Shown: positions 11,854 to 25,420 of the stretch, piece after piece
Layout: each line of letters begins with the position of its first letter
How positions within the stretch are numbered: the stretch's first letter is position 1
DNA from: Squalus acanthias
Lineage: Eukaryota
DNA: 64,000 nucleotides
Reading direction: 5' to 3'
NCBI GenBank assembly: GCA_030390025.1
Contig: CM059432.1
Coordinates: 48,858,001-48,922,000 of the forward strand
Notes under the pieces: generated by a model
What the model was told of the DNA's origin: nothing
Databases searched by the model: none
Seen by the model: the letters and a program-made list of their open reading frames with translations, nothing else
Translations under genes and position numbers: made by a program

Positions 11854-13502
11854 GGGGGGAATTTTTCGGGGGTTCTGCGGGTGTTTCAGAGGCGGGTTGG
11901 GTGGGAAAAAAATTTTTGACAGCGGGTCGGGAGGAGGCAATTCAGGTCATTATGACCTTGTTAACAGCCCATTAAGAAATATTTTGAGCTCACCTTTACA
12001 TTTTACGAGGTCGCCCACGGGGTCCATGCTGCTCGGGGTTCATGTCAGGTAAGCAGGTCGGGAGTTGTATATGACCATAGAATCATCTCATTACTTGACA
12101 GCTTGAAATGTGCTATAAAAGCTCCCATTTCATAGCTGTTCACTTTCCAAGCTCAGAAGCTGTTGCTTACTGCATTTGGAAGACAGATTAAGCTTTATGC
12201 AGGTTGCAAGTGTTTGGAGTAAACTCTCTATCCAGTGTCACCTTATCGGAACAACCTCTCTCATCATTGATAGATTGTTTCTGTCATCTCAAGTTCACCT
12301 GCCATCTATTACATCAGCATTGGTGCTCTTGAAACTATCTCACCTTGGTCCAAAGAATCCCACCACGATCAGCCCCAGGCACACCAGCAGCACCAACAAC
12401 AACACCAACCTTCTTCGCAATCAACTGATGCTGCACAGGACACAGGGCATCAGCACCTGACCACATTGCTGTCTGGGAGGCCAGGGATGGCCACACCAAT
12501 GTCATATTTACTTCACTTGAGGCTAAACACCCTGGCTGCCACATGATGCGCCAGGTTGGCACCACCCCACACCAGCACCATAAAGCATCCCTACAATGTC
12601 CAAGCCATTCCTTTCACACTCGTCACAATTGCGGGTGATACCGTTATGTCTCACCATTCACTGCAACTCACTAAACCAATTCCAAAGGTGCACACAGATC
12701 TGTACAAAACGCAAAGTGTTGAAAATAAAGATTTTAATGTTTGCCACCACATTAACAGAAACTTTCCGTGAACATTGCATAAAACACAGAAGTGCCTACC
12801 CTTGTGTGTTGTTAGTTGGTATGATTGCACTAGGATGAGGGTGAGTGTGAGGGGTGGTTAGTGAGATGGGGATGTGAGAGAGGGATGGGTGGAGGTGCAA
12901 GGTAAATTGATGTGAGTAAGGATGTGTAGGAGTAGGGTAGGGAAGGCAGAGTGATGGGGATGTGATGAATGGCACAGCAGGATGAGGTTGAGTGTGCCTT
13001 TGTACTAACGTTTCGTGATCCACTGAGATCATTGAAAGGTTTGGGTCACTGCAGCCTGGTCCTCCTGATGACATCCCTGCTTGTGCCCTCCTGTGCAATG
13101 TGCAACCAGGCTGCGTTGGTCTCCTGGGGAGGTCTCTTCTGTCCATTGCAATGGAAGAGTACCTCCCTGCTTGCTGTGATATGGGAGAGCCTGGGTGCAG
13201 CCGTGCACCTCTGTGCAGTGCTTGTCAGTGTTTGCAGCACCTCAATGCTGTAGAACACTGACAGCACAACTGTCAAAATCAATTTGCGCATGGTCCCTTT
13301 AAGGAAACCGGCTGATGACCCGGTCATCAAATGATATGATCAGGGCCGCTTCCTTCAATTGGCCGGCAAACACGCTGGGTGGGCTTAACAAGCCCAATCA
13401 GGGGAAAATCATTTTGTACAGCAGGCTGGAGCCAGCAGCGAGGCTGGAACTGCCACCGACGTCGTCCGCCACGGACCCGCCAAGGTAGGGGAAATCACGG
13501 CC
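11854..13502. mobile_element. Internally deleted PIF/Harbinger transposon with Myb/SANT-like gene remnant on minus strand
   Basis: ATT 3-bp TSD, imperfect G-rich TIRs; minus-strand 13000-13250 reads ..REVLF..G.KRPP.ETNAAWL.IA.E......RRT..QC...FNDL, typical of the Harbinger Myb/SANT partner protein. Confidence 0.75.
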
Positions 13503-13879
13503 ATTTTGTTTAACTCAGAATTCAGATTTCCAACAATTTCTGGACAGTATGCAAATAATGACAGATATTATGAATGTAAAATGTTAGATGCTTTTAAAAT
13601 AGTCAAAGTATCTGCTCCAGATAACAAACACCCAACATGGAACCACAGAGGTTTACAGCACAAAAGGAAACCATTCAGCCCATCACGCCTGTGGCAGCCG
13701 TTTTTTACGATAATTCAAAACGAATCCGTCTGCTCGGCACTTCCCCATGAGCCTTGTGTCTTCCTCTTATTGAAATGTTTATCTACTTTTCTCTTAAAGG
13801 ATATCATGGCCTCTGCCTCAACTACTCTCTGTAGCATATTATTCCATGCTCCAACGTCTCTCTACATAAAGAAATTTCT

Positions 13880-14620
13880 CACTGTCTTAAAAGAGAAGGG
13901 AATGAAATTGCGAAATCTTTGTAAGTTTACTAAATTCAGAAGATTGGAAAGTCACTATTGGAACTCTGATATAAAAGAAGGCTAAGAAAAATTGTAGACC
14001 TATACATTTGTAGACCTAAACAATTGCAACTTGTAGACCTATACATTTAACATCAGTTATGGAATAGTTTTAAGGGTTATGGGTCGAAATTACTGTTGGC
14101 AATGATATTATACAGGCACTTTATACACTTGTGCCAAATTCCTCTCTGCTATTTTAACAGAGATGTCAATCCATAAAACACACATCAACATCTGAGAGAG
14201 AGAAAGCGATATGAGCATGTTAAGTAGTCTTATGATAACAGCGCTCTTCCATTGGATGAATATGTGCAGAAGGCTAACGTTAAAAAAAACACATTCAGAA
14301 TTAATTCAGCAAGGGATGGTTATGCTTCAATAACTAGTTGCTGTTTATTTGGAGATATTATTGACATGGTGGGCAGGGGAATGGTAGTTGATATTAAAAA
14401 TGAGAATTTTCAAAGAACTATTGACAAATTTCCACTTTGCCGGTTAATAAATATGGTACGGAGTCACAGAGAGGTGGTAAATTATGCTGCTGGATATACA
14501 TATGGCTCAAAAACAGGAAACAGAGGCTAGACATGAAGAACTTTTTAATCCAGAAAGAGGCTTTGAGGAGGGTACCCAAGTATTCAATCTCGGAGTCCTT
14601 GAAGTAAAGTTGCAGGCAAT
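13880..14620 (+). mobile_element. Highly degraded CR1 RT fragments
   Basis: Remnants of NCRPIHLTSV and VD....FQRTIDKFP..RLI motifs. Confidence 0.5.
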
Positions 14621-15055
14621 GTATCCATTAATTTTCATAGATGCAAAATCATGGCGAGTGTGACCGCAGTGTCTGGATGTGTGATTCTGGCAGACAGGAC
14701 TCCATGCTAGGAGAGCAAATACCTTGCTGAATTGAAAAAACATACAAAGGGGCCTGGGCCTAGATCAGTTTTCTGGCCCGGACTTGGCGCTGCCTGACCA
14801 GCACACACCTGAACCAAGAGGCGGGAAGATTGATAGAAACTGGTCCTTGGGCCTCATCAGCGAGCTGCCGCTGCTGGTCACCCCTCCACAGGCAGCTCTC
14901 CTGAGTGAAGACTTCAGTTTTGAGCAGCCTGCCTCGCCGGCAGCAGCCCTCAGCTAAGTCCTGGGATGGGGTTTAGAGCAGGACATGTGGGCTGATCAGG
15001 AGTTCTGTGGAATCCTGCTCCTTTGGCTCCACAGGAACATTTATTTTTAAAAAGA

Positions 15056-16476
15056 GTGGAAACTGACGCTGTGTTTTCGGATGATGTCGCCGAGGGGCAG
15101 CATGTAGATGAGAAATAGGAGGGGGCCAAGGATAGATCCTTGGGGGACACCAGAGGTAACGATGCGGGAGCGGGAAGAGAAGCCATTGCAGGTGATTCTC
15201 TGGCTACGATTAGACAGATAAGAATGGAACCAGGCGAGTGCAGTCCCGTCCAGCTGGACGACGGTGGAGAGGTGTTGGAGATGGATGGCGTGGTCAACCG
15301 TATCAGAGGCTGCAGACAGGTCAAGAAGGATAGGAGGGATAGTTTACCTTTATCACAGTCACATAGGATGTCATTTGTGACTTTGATAAGAGCTGTTTCA
15401 GTACTGTAGCAGGGGTAGAAACCTGATTGGAGGGATTCAAACATGGAGTTCTGGGAAAGATGGGGATAGATTTAGGAGGTGACAACATGTTCAAGCACTT
15501 TGGAGAGGAAAGGGAGGTTGGAGATGGGGCAGTAGTTTGCAAGAACAGCAGACTTGAAGTAGATGGGGGGGGGACAGTACCTGGGGAGAGAGAACTGTTA
15601 ACAATATCAGCTAACATTGGAGCCAGGAACAGTGGTCAGCAGTTTAGTGGGAATAGGGTCGAGGGAGCAGGAAGTGGGTCTCATGGACAATATGAGCTTG
15701 GAGAGGGCATAAGGGAAGATAGGAGATAAACTAGAGAACGATGCGAGTTCAGGGTGAGGGAAGGGGGCAGGGAACCTTATGGGAAATTTGGCCTGGTGGG
15801 CTAGGGGAAGAGAGGGAATTGGCAAAGGCAGTTAATCGGATGGTCTCAATCTTAGTGACAAAGAAGTCCATGAGCTCCTCGCACTTGTTGTTGGAGGTGA
15901 GAGTGAAGGAGACAGGGGAGAGGGGTTTAAGAAGATGTTTGGAGAAGAGAGAAGAAGCCAGGCGTTATCTTTGCATTCTCGAATGATCCTGGAATAGTGA
16001 GCAGTTTTGTCAGACGAGAGCAGGACCCGATAGTGTCTTATGTGGTCCAGCCAGATCTGGCAGTGAATGGCTAAACCAGTTGACCGCCATATCCATTCAA
16101 GTCTGCTTCCCTTGGACTTAAGGGAGCAGCGATGAGGGTCGTAACAGGGGGAATGGCCAGGGCGAGAGAGAGTAATGGTTTTAATGGGGACTAGGGCATT
16201 AAAGGTGGAGGTGAGGGTGTGGTTGAGCAGATCAGTAGCTGCAGAAATGTTGTGGTGACTGGAGGGCCAAAGGCTGGACAGTTGGGATTTTGAAAGTGCA
16301 GTTGTAAGTGAATTGGGAGAGAGTTTTTTTCCAGTGGCGGACACAGGAGGAAGTAGGGTTGGGAGGGGAACGGGAGATGTGGGTGTAGAACGATACAAGG
16401 AAGTGATCAGAGATGGCCTTATCTGTGATTGACATGATGGGAATAGCGAGGCCACGTGAGATGGCAAGGTCAAGGG
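15056..16476 (-). mobile_element. L2 LINE ORF2, 3' part of an element split by a solo LTR
   Basis: Minus-strand QSGF...STETALIKVTNDIL, GVPQGSILGPLLF, SCSLDPIPT, ISDHFLV; many frameshifts. Confidence 0.9.
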
Positions 16477-17605
16477 TGTGAAGGAATAAGCCATATAACC
16501 TATTCAGAAAAATACACCATCTTATGAAATAATTCTGGCCTTATTAAAACATGACAAACTGGGTTTGGAAATTTAGAAACCTAACTATGAAATAGCTGTG
16601 AAAGCATTCTGGCTATTGAGATAAGACATTGTTGACCCTGAATAAATAACCTTATTGAAACAGAAGGTGAAGGGCTCCAACAGGCTGACCTTTGGGAACA
16701 AAAACAATGGTTCACCATGGATAAGGTGTTCTAATTTACACTTCGTAAAGAAGCACATAAGATAAGGAAAATCTGCCCTCGTAAAGATGACAAAGTAAGG
16801 AACACCTGCCGTCACACTGTTTTTTATATGGTAAACTTAGAACACCTAGAGATGAGACACGAGTCTGGCTGAGGTGGCAGTAAGAGTTGCAGAAATAGGC
16901 AGAAAAATGACTAGAGATAATTAGCTTGCATCAGCAGAAAACCGTAAAGGAAATACCACTCGAAAAGGGTATAAATATTGAACTCTCAAATGGGATAACA
17001 GACTCGTTTTAATCGGGAAAAGCGATTCTCGGCTTCAGAGGCGGTTCTGTGAGTCTCCAACTCTTTGTACCTCGGGGATCAAAGGTATTTGATTTGGTGG
17101 ATATCCTGTAGAACACCAAAAAACTGTAATACTGTAGTGAAGTTAAGATTTAAAAGTAAGATTCTCTGATAATAAGATTGTAAGTTTTCTCTTTTTGGAA
17201 CTGTTAATGTTGCGATTGACTCACCAACTGTAAATTAAATGCCAGTTCTTTAATAAATCTATGTTTTTAGAATTGTCTCACATAAGACTTCTGTATCAAA
17301 AACTTGCAAACTCAATCTCTGTACACTCTTTGGTGAGGAGTTGCAGAATTCTGAGGGAGTTTTCCAGACCCTCATAATATCCGGAACGTTACAGTCTAGC
17401 TAAACTTATTAAAAGTGCTATCTGGAGGACAGTAACATTCTCGGGTTGTTCGTTTCCTTTAGGGAGAGATAGTCCGGACCTTTAGACCCCATTAAGCGTC
17501 TTTAGGATTCGGCTACCTCAAACTTTAGTTGAAAGTGAACGTCTTGAGAAATACGCCTGATCCGGGGTAGCCCTAAAGGGGCTAGGACTAGTAATCAACC
17601 CTTCA
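16477..17605 (+). mobile_element. Solo LTR of an LTR retroelement or endogenous retrovirus (1129 bp)
   Basis: TG...CA ends with inverted TGAAGG/CCTTCA; 4-bp TSD AGGG (16473-16476 / 17606-17609); removal restores the L2 sequence; TATAAA at 16970, AATAAA at 17252; no ORF. Confidence 0.8.
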
Positions 17606-18500
17606 AGGGGGTGGCCGTGAATATGGGTTGGGGAGTTTACATGGAGGGAGCGATTAAGGGAGGATAGGAGGCTAGTGAACTCAGAGGAGAGCGTGCATGA
17701 TGAATTGAGATGGAGGTTGAAATCACCGAAGATGAGAAGTCGCTCGGTGTAGAGTCTGAGGGAGAAAGCAGTGAAGATATCTCGATGAGAACATTTTTAT
17801 GGTACTTAGGTGGGCGTCAGAGAACAAGGATTTTAAAGGAGACGAGAGGGGTGGAACAAGGTGAGATGCTCAAAGGAGGAGAAAGTGCCAGAGGAGTAAG
17901 GGGACAGACCAAGGTGTGATTTGGTAATAAGAGCCACACTGCCACTGCGACGGTCTGGGCGGGGCAATTGGCGGAAGGTATAGCCAGGCGGGGAGGTTTC
18001 ATTGAGGGGGAAGGTGCCATCACCCCTCAGCCAAGTTCCGGAGAGGGGTGGTGATAGCTGATCTGCTGGCAGAGTCCACAGGGTCAGTTGGATGGGGAGG
18101 AGATTGGCAAGATCACCCCCCAGCAGGCGCGCTGGCCAAGAAGGTTGGCAAGAGAGTAGGATGGGGTATTTGGGGTTGCTGCTCGTAAGGAGGCAGAGAC
18201 GAGTACCTCGATGGGCCCTTTGGAGGATGCCAAGAGAGGCACAAAAGGAAGCTGTAGGCTTATCTAAGAGGGAGTCAAGCCTGGGACGGCGGTAGGAGAG
18301 TAGGAAGGTGGAGGAGTACTGAAGGGTTGGGGTAAGGATTTGGGAGGTCAGAGTACTTGAGGGGGAGAAATCAAAGGAGGCATGACGACAGGAGAGAGGG
18401 GTCTAGGAGGGATAGAGAAAAGAAGTAAAAATAAAAGGGGGAGAAAAAAGTGGAAATAGAAGTGATGGGCTCGGGTCCAGAGCGGCAGCCAAAATGCACA
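17606..18500 (-). mobile_element. L2 LINE 5' part (endonuclease region)
   Basis: Minus-strand GDFNLH and NSPTHIHGHPLDL motifs, continuous with 15056-16476 once the LTR is removed. Confidence 0.8.
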
Positions 18501-19079
18501 CGTGAATGGACACAGGTAAAACTCAAGTTACCTAGGCCTGGTTACATAGCAATGCTATGAAAAGAAATCAGAGATTTTGTGCCTTAAATATTTAGGACAA
18601 TCCATCTATATATTAAACTCACTGTGGTTCTTGAGACACAATAAATTAAAAATGTTTTTTCTAGCTATCTAGTAAGTTAAAGAATGATGGGTCACAACAG
18701 GTTATCAAATAACTGGCCCTCAGCACATCAGTTAAGCGCATGTTTGGACAAGTGAAATAAATCACTCGTGCACTCTTAGCAAAGGGTTCAAACACTAATA
18801 GAAATGTTGAAACTCCGACACGCTAAGCTATGGAGTGGAAAGAGTTATCTTGCGATTTCTCCAATAGTGAATTATCAATATCAATGTAGACTTGGCAAAG
18901 TCAGGTGGCATGTATATGAATGATGGTCAGTGCGATGGAGGTTCTTCATTGGAGGATGGATAGACTGGTTCAGATGATGTTCTGGGCAGGAAATGGGGGG
19001 GGGGGAGATTATGGTGTGTGGTGGTGGGTGGGGGGGAAATGAGCGGTTTAGGAGAGGCAATGTTAATGAGTTGCTGGCA

Positions 19080-19610
19080 TACAGCTCTGGCTGTAGGCTT
19101 ATGTTGGAGACCTCCTGCCGCAGCTGAATCCTACAGCTCATCAGCTTCATCCATCTGCTGGATGGTCCTCTTTAACTGCCAGCAATGGTAGCTCGCTCTG
19201 TTGAATGGCAACGTTATGCAGGAGGCAGCACACCACCTCCACTTTCCTCAACACTCTCTCAGGGGCGTACTGTAGGGAACATGTAATCCCCAAACTAGTC
19301 CAGGCAGCAGAATCGTTGTCTAAAGACACCTGCTCACTGACTGCTCTGGTTGAGTAGTGACTGTTGTATCTGATCTCCACAGGCATTTGAGTGGTGCCAG
19401 CAATCCAAATCTGGAGGGGATGTCCCTTGTCTCCTAGCAGCCAGCCTGTCATCTGTTGCTCCTTATCAAAGAGAGGGGAAATGCTGGACTGCCACAGGAT
19501 GTAGGAATTGTGAGAACTGCCTAGAAAGTGCGTACACATCTGCACAAACCACTGCTTGTGGTCACATACAAGTTGGACATTAAGGCAGTAAAATCCTTGG
19601 CAGTTCATGT
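19080..19610 (-). pseudogene. Harbinger (HARBI1-like, DDE_Tnp_4) transposase remnant
   Basis: GFYCLNVQLVCD...GSSHNSYIL...WLLGDKGHPL...YN.H.STR...EQ...CCLLHN motifs; degenerate. Confidence 0.85.
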
Positions 19611-20837
19611 GGTCCTTTGAGTGAAATGATCCAGTTGCATTATTAGGTAATCACAACCCCACCAGGCAATTCTTAGGTCATTCAAAAATCAATGGATGGA
19701 CAACGGTGTCTTCACTATTAGAAGGACCAAAAATGGAGAGGCAGCAGACAAATTCCAGAAAAATCAAATTATACTGGAATAACGCAGTTTTAGTTACTGG
19801 AATTTACAAAGATTTTCAAAACAATATGACAAATGGAAGTCACTTCTTTGACATTTTGAGTTAAGTTCAAGTATAGTAATCACTATCAGTATGTGATCAT
19901 GATGCACTGGAAGACCATGCTTATGATTGTTTCTTTGGCTCATAAAATATAAACAGGAACCAACTAACTTCCTGAAGAAAGAACCTTCCTTTGTACTCAT
20001 GTCATGCAGTTTTGCTGGGCTATCACTGTGCAACCATTCTTTGAACATGAGAATTCTGTCTATAATTGCTTCATAAGAGCTGAAGAACAAGGCAATGTTG
20101 GATATCCCCTAATCTTCAAAGAGCTACAAAGTCTGCCTACAGTTTCTGGTGCCACAGCATTGCTGAACTGAACAATGAATGAACATAAATTCATCAGAAC
20201 AGTAAGTAACAAACGATGTTAATGAAGATGGAGTTTCCTTTAATATTGAATTTATTGCTAGTATTGCCATCATAGCATAGCAGACTGTTACTGAATTAAA
20301 TATTTCAGAAAACTTCAGCTTATTTTGCGCATAAACTTGGATTAACAAATGCATTGGTAATCTGTACAAAAAATAACATTTTTAAGCAGAAACCGTACAC
20401 GTTAGTGCAATTACTTTTATTGTGAATTTAAACCAGTGGAGCACAACATTCTGAGGAAATACTTTCTAATTAAATTACCCACCTTTGTAAACATTGTTGA
20501 AATTTTCGGTATCTCCTCCAGCACTCACCCCGCCAAAGTTCGCCAGGTCAGGCGGAAGTCCCTTAATTATCATGCCAATAATGGGCATCCGTGCTACTAG
20601 GGCCATATCTAGGGTTCCTATCTTCCCTCCAGAGGCCGCACACTATGGTGAGTTGTTGGGGGGGGGGGGGGGGGGGGGGAGGAGACGGAGGGAGGGAGCG
20701 GGTAGGCATGCCAGGTCCTCCCTGGAAACATTACTGAATTCTTTATTTGATCTGCTAATGGCTATCTTATATTTATTTAATTTCTCACAAGCCTTTTGTG
20801 CTCCTATCACTCACCAGGACCAATTTGGTAACATACT

Positions 20838-21360
20838 GGTCCTGAAATTTTGCAGGGGCCACTCAGCGGCAGAAGAGTGGTGGAACAGGGACCTCCATCT
20901 GCCATTGCAGAAAGCCATAGACTCTGCCCCAAATTTTGTGGAAGAGCTCATTTGCATGGTTGGGATGGGCCCTTAGCACCTTAGTGATGCCTGATCCGAT
21001 CCAGTTTTGTAAGGTGGAGTGGCCACTGCCTGAGGGGCCTCAGGTCCTTCTAAGCCAAAAAAAAAAGAATAATCTAAATTTTGGAATCTTCAGCATCAGA
21101 AGGAACCCTTTTGTTTGAAGACATAATCTAATTAAGGGTTGGAGCCATTTAAAGGTAAAATTCCCAGCTGGTCAGGGAACACCCCTAAACACACCTCGTT
21201 GATGTGGAAGTGGGTGAGGTCAGGCTTTAGATCCACCCATGGCCCACTACTGCACCAAAACAACGGAGTAGAAACCCAGCTGGGTTCTGCCCCAAATTCC
21301 AGCTGCAGGAGGATTATCTATCCATTGTCCATCCTTGAACCAGGCCAGAATTTCAGGGCG
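20838..21360. mobile_element. PIF/Harbinger-type MITE
   Basis: TIRs GGTCCTGAAATT / AATTTCAGGGCG with ACT TSD (20835-20837 / 21361-21363). Confidence 0.75.
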
Positions 21361-21951
21361 ACTGTCGCTGGCAGAGTTGATTTCAGTTGAATCGGTTGTT
21401 ATGTCAATATATTTTTTCACAAAGCTGGTGGGCATGGGGAAGGTAGGGAAATCTCAGATGGCTAGGCAAAATGGTGGTTATACGAAGTAGTGACCTTATA
21501 TCCAAAAGGTAGATTACATAGATTTATTATAATTGATATAAAACAAAAAGTATTTCTGAAACTAATGGGATTCTTTAGCAAATTTAGAAAGCAATATAGA
21601 CCAGAAAGAAATGTCAGATCATAGGTAAAATGCAGCAAATTTAAACTTGTTTAAATATGTAACCTATCTCACAGTAAAACCTTTTAGTAATCCAACAGAA
21701 CTCCACTCACATTTGCTATTTACACAGACAAAAATTACCTTTAACTTCACAATGATGTTGGTAAATCTAATGGGAAAAGTATATTTATATAAATTGTGCA
21801 TTTGCACAAACTTTGAAAGATCTTTTCCATGTTTCTGAATGACTCAAGTTTGGTAAGCAACAACTTGTATATATATTCCACACTTTGCAAGAATGTTTTG
21901 TTCTCTGCATGATGTATTGATTTTGATGGCATGACATTGATGAGCACTTAC

Positions 21952-22027
21952 CCATACAGGGCACAGAGAGGCCTCTTGGTTCCAGATTTGGGCCTGTAAG
22001 GCTTGGGTTCACCTGCCATATTGATAT
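21952..22027 (-). CDS. RALYL: Internal coding exon of RALY-like RNA-binding protein (end of RRM and basic linker)
   Basis: Minus strand: tcctttctttcAG acceptor, 76-nt exon, GTAAGT donor. Phase-1 translation (D)[24 protein letters not shown](G) matches, from memory, mammalian [31 protein letters not shown] and differs from RALY and HNRNPC. No other RALYL exon was recognised in the window. Confidence 0.9.
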
Positions 22028-22897
22028 CTGAAAGAAAGGATACTAATCATCTTAATGACCATATGATATTTAAATTTTTCACAAAATATTGCGTATTACA
22101 TCTCTTTAACATACTATGTCAAGTTTAGAATATACAAGAGTACACCCAAAACATTACTAAATGCTAAAAGTATGCACCCTAATTGTAGTCATGCCATATG
22201 ACAGCTAATCTGCCCTCAAGCTGCTACCATCTCTTACTTTGGTTGATTCACATTCACTGGGAAGTTTCCTAGGCAGATTTCTTCCCACTTTGTCTTCAAC
22301 AAACTACATCAATTAATTTAATATTTTGGGTCTGTGACTTGGTGTCCATCTTCTTCCATTGTTTCCACTCTCTAGGCAACTTCTATGTCATGACTTAAGA
22401 TTCTGGCTATGCATAGTGTTGGTGATATACACTCTATTGCTGGTGCTGTAAGAGGATTAAAGGCACACTGATACATATTTTATGGTCCTGTCAGTTGATT
22501 ACTACTTTCAGTATTGATTGGCCTAAGGCTACACCTGACATCATCAAGCTCCAGATCCCTATGAAGCTACTGCTAATTATTTTAGGTGATTCATCTAAAT
22601 TGCTTCATCAACAAAAAGAATAAAATCCACTAGCTACGAACCAAAATATCGTGATGAAGCATCACATTATTAGAAACCTGGGAGATGATTACCAGACCAG
22701 CGCCATACTTAAAAGAAAATGAGACCACCTTGGTACCTAATTGGTGCAGCTGCTCATCAGCATATCTTCCATAAGACAACAGGAAGACACAAGGCCCATC
22801 AATCAACAATAGCTCTTTCCACTTTGAATGGAAATAACTGTGGTCGCCATTGGATGGAACCGATGCTTTTGATAGCTCCAGTAACAGTGGAGGTTTA

Positions 22898-23323
22898 GGG
22901 GGAAAAATTCGGTGGCGCCCCCTTTGGGGCGCTAACTTGCTGGGGCACCACTTTTAGTGCCCTGAAAAAGTTAGCGCCTCTGTGCCATAAATTCAGTGGT
23001 AGCACCCCAAGCAGGAGGCGGGGCGCTACTGGAAGCGCTCCCCTTCCTTCCTGGGGCGCTACAACTGAATATCATGGCGCTACGTGCAACAGCGCCATGC
23101 ACGTCGGTATATAGTGCCGCGGTATTGCAGGCCTCCCTCTCCTGATTAAAGGGGAAGGGCCTAGCGCTACGCGCATTGGGGCCCTGCTGGACCACCAGGG
23201 AGCTGGGGTGTGAGGAAAGCAGCCCGGCACTCAAGAGGAGCCGGGCTGCGTTAGGGGTTTTGCGTCCCGTTAGCGCCCCCGGGGACGCTAACGGGAGGTG
23301 CAAAGCAACCCAATTTCTTCCCC
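22898..23323. mobile_element. PIF/Harbinger-type MITE
   Basis: TIRs GGGGGAAAAATT / AATTTCTTCCCC, TTA TSD, GC-rich interior with repeated gggcgcta motifs. Confidence 0.75.
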
Positions 23324-23379
23324 TTAGTTTTCTATATTGCAATTTGTAAATGCTGAATTATGTGAACAGAATTCAGCAT

Positions 23380-23790
23380 TCTGCTCCCTCGATCATCTGA
23401 CCATCCAACTTCACCTTCTGAAGCCCATGCTTGCTGACCTCATCAACTTGTTTCCATCCTCTAGAACTGTCCCCACCTCCTTCAAGACCATGGATATTAA
23501 CTCCTCTCCTGAAGACACTCACCCTCAACTCCTCCATTTTCTCCAATTAATACCCTATCTTCAGTCTTCCCTTTCCTTCCAAAGTATTGGAATGCATGGT
23601 CCTTTCACAACTACATTCCCATCTCTACCACTCCTTCTGACTTCCATTCACAGTACTGAGACTACACCAGTCAAAGTTGCAAATCCCATTCTGTGAGACT
23701 GTGACAATTCCACCCGCGCCCCCCGCCCCAACGTCTCCTGTGCCGTCCATCCGTGCCGCTGCTCTCTATTATAATTGCGGTACAAGATCA
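23380..23790 (+). mobile_element. Degraded L2 RT fragment
   Basis: MLADLIN...GTVP.SFK and HSTET..VKV.N.IL..CD motifs. Confidence 0.7.
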
Positions 23791-24089
23791 TTTCCAATGA
23801 CTCCTCCTCTGCCCACAATGCCACCATCCAATGCCCCCCGGGCTCTGATGTTACTTCTGGTCCGCTCCACCATACCACTCACTCTAGTCCCAAGATTGGG
23901 ATGGTGCTATTTGCATGGCCAGTGTGGATGAATCAATGGTTCCCTGCCCCGGCAGAATGTTAGAGTAGCACTGTGCTGCTCTGACAGAGGAAAGGAAGTC
24001 CAACAAGACCCTGAAGAAAATTTTTATTTGGGAACGAACAGGAGAACCCCTGCGGAAATGTATCCCCTATACGTCTCATTAATACTCTC

Positions 24090-24806
24090 CGTTACCTGAT
24101 TTATAACCAACTTCATCTCAATTTCACGTTTCACCCTGATTTCCTGTGGCTTTTAGTTTAAAACAGAACCTTTAACGTGAAGTCTTGTTAAAAGCTTTCT
24201 GAAAGTCAACATAAACTGATTTGTATTATTCTCAAATAAGTCATGGAGGTTTGTCACATAGAATTTTCTCTTCTAAATCAGCACTGGCTGTTTCTTCAGT
24301 TCATTGCTGTATATAGTCCCCCAGCCTACATTTTAGAATAGATTCAACTCTTTCATCTGTTGTTGATGTTCAGCTAATGGGCCTTCAATTGACTGGGTCA
24401 AGTTTGTCAACCTCTTAAAAATAAGTAATACGTTTGCTTGCTTCCAGTTCTGCGGAATCTCAAGTTCAGAATGATTCCTTAATGATGACAGCCATGTTCT
24501 GAAACTTTGGGCTGGATTTTGATACAGGGGCGGGTTGGGGTCGTGTCATCCGCATTTCGTGTTATCCACCCGACTGCAGTTGGATGTGGGAGATTGATGC
24601 AATTTTCACTTAATTGGGCAATTGAGTTCCAGCATGTGGGAACCCATGAACCAATTAGTGGTTTCAGTCTGAAAGTCGCCTCTGATGATGTCATCATTGC
24701 TGCTGTATTGCAGGTCAGAGACTGCCTGGTTTCAGAGACTGCCTGGCCTCAGAGACTGCCTGGCCTTTGCTGTGAGAGGACCTGGATGCAAAATGAGCAG
24801 CATCTC

Positions 24807-24838
<32 letters not shown>

Positions 24839-25420
24839 ATTTTTTTTGCAACCAAGTCCTCCCAGGCAGTCTCTGAAGACATTCAGCATCAGAGGCGACT
24901 TTCAGACCTAATACTACTACTACCTTCATCACATCTCCGTTGTAATAGTGGACCTGCAGCTGATAGTCAGCTATCCACTTGTGCTCCCGCCAGGTTTCAC
25001 TGGCGTGTTTCACATCAGGCGTGCTTCACGTCGGAAAAGGGTTAAACTAGCTAAAACATTTCAAAATGGCATTACAGAGCCAATTTAGGGCTTGTTAAGG
25101 GCTTTAATGGCCTCTCCCGCCTCTTGGAGGCGGGACGGAGTCGGGAACACCGCGACCGATTTTGTCAAAATTGCGTGGAGGCGGAATGGAGTCGGGATCA
25201 GGTCCGTCCGCCACTTTTCGCTATTTTAACCCCCCACACGCCTCCAAACCTGACTCCACGGGTCATTGAAAATCCAGCCCTTTTTCTCTCATGTTCTTTA
25301 GAACTGTAAGAATATGCCATCAGGCCAATGGAGATCAGTTCATCTTCATTTATCAAGTACCTCTGCCACATTGATTTCAAAATCCTCTAGGACACCAGGT
25401 CTACTGCAAAATTTGTCATC
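24090..25420 (-). mobile_element. Degraded CR1 RT fragment interrupted by MITE 24509-25280
   Basis: Reverse-complement remnants of YVDFQKAF and RPIS.TS motifs. Confidence 0.5.
24509..25280. mobile_element. PIF/Harbinger-type MITE
   Basis: Perfect 12-bp TIR GGGCTGGATTTT / AAAATCCAGCCC, TTT TSD, internal (GA)n. Confidence 0.8.

Noticed and set aside
19147..19608. Host HARBI1 gene
   Set aside because: Partial and degenerate at conserved positions; a transposon relic.
19794..20369. Two minus-strand ORFs considered as a hAT transposase remnant or extra RALYL exons
   Set aside because: No convincing catalytic motifs, no strong donors, no recognisable homology.
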